DNA of 62,511 nucleotides, the filler included, from Chiloscyllium plagiosum (taxonomy: Eukaryota), in the NCBI RefSeq assembly GCF_004010195.1. It is 4 parts of one record of this genome, joined end to end, with 100 filler letters (N's around TTAATTAATTAA, not from the genome) between each part and the next. Parts side by side here need not be neighbours in the genome. Positions count along the whole stretch, not along the records: positions 49,351 to 56,477 come from NC_057714.1; positions 56,578 to 62,511 come from NC_057714.1; 2 more parts are not named here. One strand, written 5' to 3'. Shown one piece after another: positions 55,578 through 62,511 of the stretch (the stretch's first letter is position 1; the number at the start of each line of letters is the position of its first letter). The notes under the pieces are model-generated. The model was not told the origin of the DNA, searched no databases, and was given only the letters and a program-made list of their open reading frames with translations. Made by a program: the position numbers and the translations under genes.

Positions 55578-55976
55578 ATAATGTAACACATGTATTGGGC
55601 CAAGCAGTGGAATGTGGTGTAAAATTAAAAATTATGTCCCAATACATGTGTGAATCATAATGTAACACATGTATTGGGCCAAGCAGTGGAATGTGGTGAA
55701 ACGGTTAAAAATTATGTCCCAATACATGTGTGAATCATAATGTAACACATGTATTGGGCCAAGCAGTGGAATGTGGTGAAACGGTTAAAAATTATGTCCC
55801 AATACATGTGTGAATCATAATGTAACACATGTATTGGGCCAAGCAGTGGAATGTGGTGAAACGGTTAAAAATTATGTCCCAATACATGTGTGAATCATAA
55901 TGTAACACATGTATTGGGCCAAGCAGTGGAATGTGGTGAAACGGTTAAAAATTATGTCCCAATACATGTGTGAATC
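55578..55976. repeat. Tandem array of five 80-bp units, each with a 14-bp inverted repeat
   Basis: tgtaacacat motif at 55582, 55661, 55741, 55821 and 55901; acacatgtattggg / cccaatacatgtgt in each unit. Confidence 0.95.
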
Positions 55977-56392
55977 TAACCGGAATGGAGGTGTTGCTTA
56001 GTCCCGTGTGAATCTTATTACACACCTCCCCGTGTGAATCTTCTAATCTGTATGTAACCAGAATGGAATGTGTTTTTTAGCCTTGCTCTGCTGTTCACAT
56101 GAATGTTTATATCTGGAAAAGAGTATATCAGCTCCAGTTCGGTGAGTCTGCTCCGGGGTTACGTTTAACCGCCGAGCGTGGGTTGTTGGCAACCGCTCTA
56201 CGAGAACTGACAGCTCCCAGTTCCGGTAACATGTAGAGTGAGTATAAGCCAGACCCGTTGTAAGTATGAGACCTGGTTGTGGCGACGCTGCGGGGAATAA
56301 AATGCTCATATTCTAGCAGACTCGCCTCTTGGCTGTTTGTTCTGTGTCAGACTACTCTCCTACGAACCTGACCTTGAGAATTTGTTAAAACA

Positions 56393-56790
56393 GGGCGGAG
56401 AGGTCGGGAAGAAGATCTCAGGTTAGGAAGGCGGTGCTGAATTTGATGGATTTGACTGAGACAGGGTGGGGGGAGGGNNNNNNNNNNNNNNNNNNNNNNN
56501 NNNNNNNNNNNNNNNNNNNNNTTAATTAATTAANNNNNNNNNNNNNNNNNNNNNNNNNNNNNNNNNNNNNNNNNNNNCACCCTACCCCGCCCCTGACCTA
56601 TCACCTTCATCTCCACCCCCACTCACCTATTGTACTCTATACTACTTTCTCCACCCCCACCCTCCTCTAGCTTATCTCTCCACGCTTCAGGCTCTCTGCC
56701 TTTATTCATTATGAAGGGCTTTTGCCCGAAACGTCAATTTTACTGCTCCTCGGATGTTGCCTGAACTGCTGTGCTCTTCCAGCACCACTA
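56393..56790. mobile_element. PLE family A terminal fragments around a gap (the left part of the host PLE is at 54557-54639)
   Basis: 56393-56477 matches the reverse complement of 41160-41241; 56578-56790 matches 15860-15985. Confidence 0.75.
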
Positions 56791-57213
56791 ATTGAATTCT
56801 AGCTGTTACAACCTATGTGTCCCTGATGTAATGTGGACTTGATATCTTCGCATAGTGCCTTTGGTATCAGGACTGAAAGCGACTGGTTGGGATATTCCAA
56901 GTTCATCTCTGTAAGGCCAAAATCAACAAATCCTCTCAGATAATTTTTTAATGCTGTCAGGCTGATAATGAGCTTTTGCCACTTTTGTAGTTGCTCAACT
57001 TTGGCAGCTGTCAATTGCGGCCATTCACACTGACTCTGGTCAAAGTCTAACAAATCAAGGCAGAAAGCATCAGAGACAAAAGTATCTACAGTGCACAGTG
57101 GTTGGTACTGCTACCTTACAATACCAGGGACCCAGATTCAATTCCAGCTTTGCACATTCTCCCTGTGTCTGCGTGGGTTTCCTCCCACAATCCAATGATA
57201 TACAGGTTTGGAT

Positions 57214-58900
57214 ATCCCTGCCCTCCCCTTCACTGTTTGATCACGCAGCATTGCCCTTTCACGTGAAAGAGCACTGTTTGTCACTGGCCACTTGGGTGTT
57301 TCTTTTCTTCCTGGTGGTGGAAATTGAATAAAGATTTACAAACCCTGTGTCTTTCACTGTGTCTCACACCCGCACACACACAACGTGGGTGCTGGGGTAA
57401 AATAAGCACTACAGCAGATAGGCAGTAGTGTGGGGGATTTTCAAAAAAAAAACAGGAGTGTTGGAGGTTCTGTTCACTCTGAGAGAGCTGGAACCAGCGT
57501 GGAGTGAAGGACTCTGCTCTTTAAAAAGAGGAGATTGATTTTTGTTGGCATGCTCGCATTGAGGAGATTATTTTGAAGTTCTTTGTTTCTTCTTTATTAT
57601 TTATTGAGATTGTTTGTTTGTTTTCTGGCTTTTCTTTTCTTTTGAAGCTGTGAAAGAGAAAAGAAAAAGAACGAGTTTATGTTCAAGCCGGGTGTCCCTG
57701 GAGAAGGAGCACGCGGTGTCCACCAACACCCTCGAGATTTTCAGGGAAATGTGGGCACTGCAGGGAGTGGAGTGTATCATTTCCCTCTCCAACTCTATTT
57801 TGATTTAATCCCTGCCTTCCCCTTCACTGTTTGATCACACAGCATTGCCCTTTGAGAAGGGCACTGCTTGGGTGTTTCCTTTCTTCCTGCTGGTGGAATA
57901 TGAATAAAGGTTTACAAGCTTGCTGTTTTTCACTGTGTCTGATGTCTGCACACACACGACATGGGTGCTAGGGAGAAATAGACATTGCCGCTGTGAGGTG
58001 GTAGTGTGGGGGAAAGGAAAAGCACAAGAGTTTACGTTCGAGCATGGGTGTCCCTGGAGAAGGAGGACACGGTGTCCACCAACACCCTCGAGATTTTCAG
58101 GGAGAGGTGGGCACCGCAGGGAGCAGAGTGTATTATTTCCCCCTCCAACTCAATTTTGAGTTAATCCCTGCCCTCCCCATCACTGTTTGATCACACAGCA
58201 TTGCCCTTTGAGAAGGGCGCTGCTCGTCACTGGCCACTCGGGTGTTTCCTCTCTTTCTGATGGTGGAATATCAATAGCGATTTACACACTTGTTGTTTTC
58301 ACTGCGTCCGACACCTGCACACACAAAAAAAGGAAAAAAATAAATAAACAGGACTGTTTGAGGTTCTGTTCATTCTGAGAAAAATATAAACAGGAGGGTC
58401 AGGGGTTCTGTTCACTTGGATAGAGCTGGATCAGTGAGTGGAGTGAAGGACTCTCCATTTTTCTGTGTTAAAGGAGGAGAGGAGACTGACTTCTGAACAG
58501 CCTGGCCCTACAAAGTGTATGTCATTTATTGCTGTTGGTGTCTTAAAAAAAAGGAGTTTACATTCAAGCCCGGGGATCCCTGGAGAAGGAACACGTGGTG
58601 TCCACCAACACTCTCGAGATTTTCAGGGAGAGGTGGGCTCCGCAGGGAGTGTATTACTTCCCCCTCTAACTCTATTTTGATTTAATCCCTGCCCTCCCCT
58701 TCACTGTTCGATCACGCAGCCTTGTCGTCCGAGAAGGGCACTGCTTGTCACTGGCCACTCGGGTGTTTCCTTTCTTCCAGGTGGTGGAATATCAATAAAG
58801 ATTTGCACATGTTGTTCTTCACTGTGTCCCACACCTGCATACACACTACATGGGTGCTGGGGTAAAATAAGCACGACTGCAGTTAGGTGAACAAGAAAAA
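57214..58900 (+). repeat. Head-to-tail array of four Tx1-like 3'-end units
   Basis: 3' UTR module atccctgccctccccttcactgtttgatcac at about 57214, 57808, 58163 and 58685; three are preceded by the ORF2 C-terminal coding piece RVSLEKEHAVSTNTLEIFREMW. Confidence 0.8.
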
Positions 58901-61827
58901 CAGGAGTGTCAAAGTTTCTGTCCACTCAGAGCTGCCTCTGAGGGAGCTGGATCAGTGCATGAAGGACTCTCTACTTTTTTGTGTTCGGGAGAGGAGACTG
59001 ACCTCTTAACTGCCTGGACACACAGTCAACGTGTCTTATTACCACTGTTGGTGCCTCCTACTGAGGAGGGTTTCCTCTCCTGTCTCTTCCCCTTGTTTCA
59101 GGTAGACGTTGCTTTGATTTCTTTATTGTTTATTGTGATTTTTTTGGGTTTTCTTTCTGTTAATTTGAAGCTGTGCTCAGCTGCACAGGCAGCTACTACC
59201 ATTGCTGCAGCCTGGGCCTTGCTGCTGGGGCCCCACTGACGCCCTGGTCTGTACTGCTGCCTGGACCTCACTTACACTCAGGACTGCTGCTGCCTGGGCT
59301 TTCCCAACACCTGAGACTGTTGCTGCTCGGGCCAAACCCCTCTGCTGACACTGCTATGGCCCCAGCCTCTGTGTTGTGACCATCGTTGCCTAAGGCCCAG
59401 GAAGTGGAAGGTGTTATGAAGGTGTGGGTGTACCTTGAGAGATTAAAAGCAGCAGAACTACTCAATAAGGCAACAACGTAACCCTTGCTTGAACAATTCG
59501 ATTAGCTCGTTGCCCGGAGACTAAAACAAATTTGAATTCGGCCAACCAGTTTAAATTATACCCAGAGAAATGTCAAGCTCCAATCCAGATTGAATTTAGT
59601 ATATTGACAATCTTAAAAGCCAGTGACAATCCGATGCTTTGGGGGGGGGGGGTATAAGACCAGGGAAAATTGAACAATTGAGAGGAGAACTGACACACCC
59701 AGCATGTAAACAGACTACCTGAAAAACAGCTCTCTTAAAAAGGTCCCTTTTCGATCAGTAACCTGTGACGAAGAAATTCCTAAGAAGAAGAAAAGATGAC
59801 ACAGGAAGATCCCAATAGAAAAACGAAAGCTGTCTGGTTTTGAGGTAAGATTTACAGAACAAGACTTCTTAAGTGGGAGTTTTATTGGACCAGCATTATA
59901 GAAGGGAACGTAACAGATATGTTAGAGTAAGGAATGGTAAATAATTGTTAGTTAATTATTCTCTGTTATACTTTAAGAAATAAAGCTGTTAATTTTTACA
60001 TTAAATAGTCCTTGGCCACTCAAAATTTTACAGATTACTGCATGGGATAAATTATTTCTGTGCTGTTGGTTTTAAATTAAGCAGGAGGGTTTGCCCTGTG
60101 TCGTAACAAAGGAACACCAGGCTCACCCAGGAGCACATTATGGCGAGCCCAAAAGCAGCAGGCCCTAGCCGTATCTATGCTGGGGTAGCCACTGCCTTAG
60201 GCTCGGCTGCTCCAGGCCAAGCTACAATGCTGACCCCCTTCAGGGTCCTCACTAAACACCTGGGGGGGGAAGTTTAAGGCTAATCCCCACATGAGTATGA
60301 CCATTGAGGGCTGTAGTAAGGTCATGGTCGGCCCTCTAGCCATTGTCGCTGCAGCCCAGATGTACGGGAAGGCCGTATTTTTCTTTCAGACAGAGCAGGC
60401 GTCCCACCTAGCTGTGGATAGGGGCCTCACTGTGGGTGAGACCTTTCTCCCTGCTGACCCATTGGAGGTCATGGCCCAGAGGGTCGTGATCTCCAATGCC
60501 CCACCTTTCATTTCCAGTGAGCTCCTTCTCCCCCACCTCAACATGCTCCTCCTGCTTGGTCTGAAGGACCCTTAGGCACGTCTACTCCTCCCAGCGCCAG
60601 ATGTTCCTTTGCCTGGCCCGGAAGGAGTTCACTGAGAGTTCATTTACCCTCTTCCATGAGGGTGTGGCCTACCGCGTCTTCTGGATGGCAGATAGTGTGC
60701 GGTGCCACCTGTGCCACGAACAACTGCCCCACACAGAATGCTGCCCAGCCCACATCAGCCGCCACAGGTGGCGCTGCCGAACCCACACCCGTCCCCCGAA
60801 GACAACACTGAAGGCCTCATCAGCGGGGGTTAAGCCAAGGGCTACCAGTGCCTTGGTCTGTGGCGGAGAGGGAGGTGAGCATCTGGCTGGACAGAGGGTG
60901 CGAAAAACGATGCAACACACCAAGCCCGCCACGGTGGAGACAACCCTGCCCCCGCCTTGAAATCTGACCTTTGCCCTGCCCCATCCTGGCACAGAAATGC
61001 CCCTGCGACTGTGCCAGCGTCACCCCGGTGTGGGAACCCTGACCCCCCGCGCTCCGCTTCTGTGCCTGAACCCTGCCCTATTGTGACAACCCTTGGGGCA
61101 GCAGTGACTGACCCTCGCCTAATTGATCTTGGGATCCCTGAGCCTGAACCCTGCCCCATGCCTCCAGGCCCCAGTTTTGGCCTCAGGGAACCTGCTGCAG
61201 CTGTCTGTCTGGGTTTTAGGCAGGAAGCTGGGCCCCTACTCCGCCCGCCATCACCTGATAGCCCAGGGACAGGACAGGAAGTGACATGGATGCCCCTCGC
61301 TGACCTTGCCAGGCCGGCTGCCTTCCCAAGCCAATCATATTCAGAGAAATGCTAAGGGGAGGAGCCTCAGGCCCCATGACCACCAGTGCGGGCAGGTCAG
61401 GAAAGCGTTCCCCACAGGCACTGTCACCTCAGGAAAGAGTTGTCGTCCCCAGAAGGGGGAGGGCTTCCCTGCAGCACACCTTCCGCGTTACTCATCCCTG
61501 GAGGGGTTGCCCGTGGTGCCTCCTGCCTTTCCCACACCGCGGCCTGAATGACCTGGAGTCCTGGAGGTTGCAGCGGAATCCCCTGCTGCAGCTATTCCAC
61601 CACCTTTTGGGGACAAACCTGTGCCCTGTGCAGGCTGCGGTGCAGGCTGTAATAATATCTTTAATGCTGTCGGGTCATTGAGTGGTGAAGAGGAAGGTGT
61701 TATCCTCACTCTTCCCTCCCAGACTGCTTTTCCAGGCACCTTGGCCCTGGGGGAGAACTTTCTCACCAAGGAGGTGGGCATCCCGGTATTGGGAGAGGAG
61801 TGGGGCCTCAAGCCTCCACTGCCCAAT
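58900..61827 (+). mobile_element. Tx1-type LINE 5' UTR and decayed ORF1, interrupted by a solo LTR and truncated by CR1
   Basis: ATG at 60140 (MASPK...), VGPLAIVAAAQMYGKAVFF, RVVISNAPPFIS, YRVFWMADSVRCHLC zinc-knuckle remnant, then a Pro-rich tail. Confidence 0.75.
59412..60108 (+). mobile_element. Solo LTR (697 bp)
   Basis: Termini TGTTATGA...TCGTAACA, 4-bp TSD AAGG (59408-59411 / 60109-60112), TATAA and AATAAA inside. Confidence 0.85.
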
Positions 61828-62511
61828 AGAGTCATAGAGATGTACAGCATAGAAACAGACCCTTCAGTCCAACCTGTCCATGCTGACCAGATATCCCAAC
61901 CCAATCGAGTCCCACCTGCTAGCACCCGGCCCATATCCCTCCAAACCCTTCCTATTCATATACCCATCCAAATGTCTCTTAAATGTTGCAATTGTACCAG
62001 TCTCCACCACATCCTCTGGCAGCTCATTCCAAACCCTTTCAAGTTTCACAACATCTTTCCGATAGGAAGAAGATCAGAATTGCACACAATATTCTGACAT
62101 TGGCCTAACCAATGTCCTGTACAGCCGCAACATGACCTCCCAACTCCTGTACTCAATACTCTGACCAATAAAGGAAAGCGTACCAAGCGCCTTCTTCACT
62201 GCGACTCCACTTTCAAGGAACTATGAACCTGCACTCCAAGGTCTCTTTGCTCAGCAACACTCTCTAGGACCTTACCATTAAGTGTATAAGTCTTACTTAG
62301 ATTTGCTTTCCCAAAATGCAGCACCTCGCATTTATCTGAATTAAACTCCATCTGCCACTTCTCAGCCCATTGGCCCATCTGGTCCAGATCCTGTTGTAAT
62401 CTGAGGTAACCCTCTTCGCTGTCCACTACACCTCCAATTTTGGTGTCATCTGCAAACTTACTAACTGTACCTCTTATGCTCACATCCAAATCATTTATGT
62501 AAATGACAAAA
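61828..62511 (-). mobile_element. CR1 LINE 3' part, internally deleted, running off the window
   Basis: KFADDTKIGG...WQMEFNSDKC; 3' UTR near-identical to 11280-11500 and 22655-22850. Confidence 0.93.

Larger units (their letters stand above)
54640..56392 (+). mobile_element. Non-autonomous LTR retroelement (ERV/TRIM-like): 5' LTR 54640-55119, 3' LTR 55932-56392
   Basis: Two TG...CA direct repeats of 480 and 461 bp with AATAAA; PBS 3 nt after the 5' LTR; purine-rich aagcagtggaa before the 3' LTR; no pol gene. Confidence 0.88.

Noticed and set aside
55067..55668. 137-185 aa minus-strand ORFs rich in F/S/Q
   Set aside because: Translation of the pentamer microsatellite.
55578..55976. CRISPR-like palindromic repeat array
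   Set aside because: No unique spacers, no cas genes, eukaryotic context; the units derive from the LTR junction.
54640..56392. Retrozyme (LTR element with a ribozyme)
   Set aside because: No CTGANGA...GAAA core was found on either strand of the LTRs by eye; the hammerheads belong to the PLEs.
60669..61934. Cluster of overlapping GC-rich ORFs
   Set aside because: Frameshifted pieces and antisense shadows of the Tx1 ORF1 Pro-rich tail, not a host gene.
46170..62511. XYLB exon 1 or promoter
   Set aside because: No LG(W/F)DFSTQQ-type exon followed by a donor was found; the GC-rich stretches here are TE-derived.

Overview
Eukaryotic, repeat-rich vertebrate DNA. HE1-type V-SINEs, CR1 LINEs and Penelope-like elements point to an elasmobranch (shark); this is an inference. 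The only host gene is xylulokinase (XYLB) on the minus strand. Ten small coding exons, equivalent to human exons 2-11 (831 nt, 277 codons, all GT-AG), lie between 4445 and 46169, and none shows up as a proper ORF in the supplied track. Exon 1 and exons 12+ were not found and presumably lie outside the window. The introns are filled with transposable-element relics: several CR1 families, Penelope-like elements (PLEs) with minimal hammerhead ribozyme motifs, a fragmented Gypsy element, Tx1-type and Rex1-type LINEs, SINEs, solo LTRs and a Tigger-like DNA element. The most unusual structures are: (i) a 1.75-kb non-autonomous LTR element with a perfect tRNA-Ser primer-binding site, whose PPT/U3 junction is amplified into a five-unit 80-bp hairpin array; (ii) many short fold-back PLE insertions with 10-15 bp target-site duplications (TSDs) that carry three families of hammerhead motifs; (iii) a head-to-tail array of Tx1 3'-end units in front of a Tx1 5' end. 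Several N gaps contain an artificial TTAATTAATTAA linker. TE boundaries are approximate unless a TSD or terminal motif is quoted.
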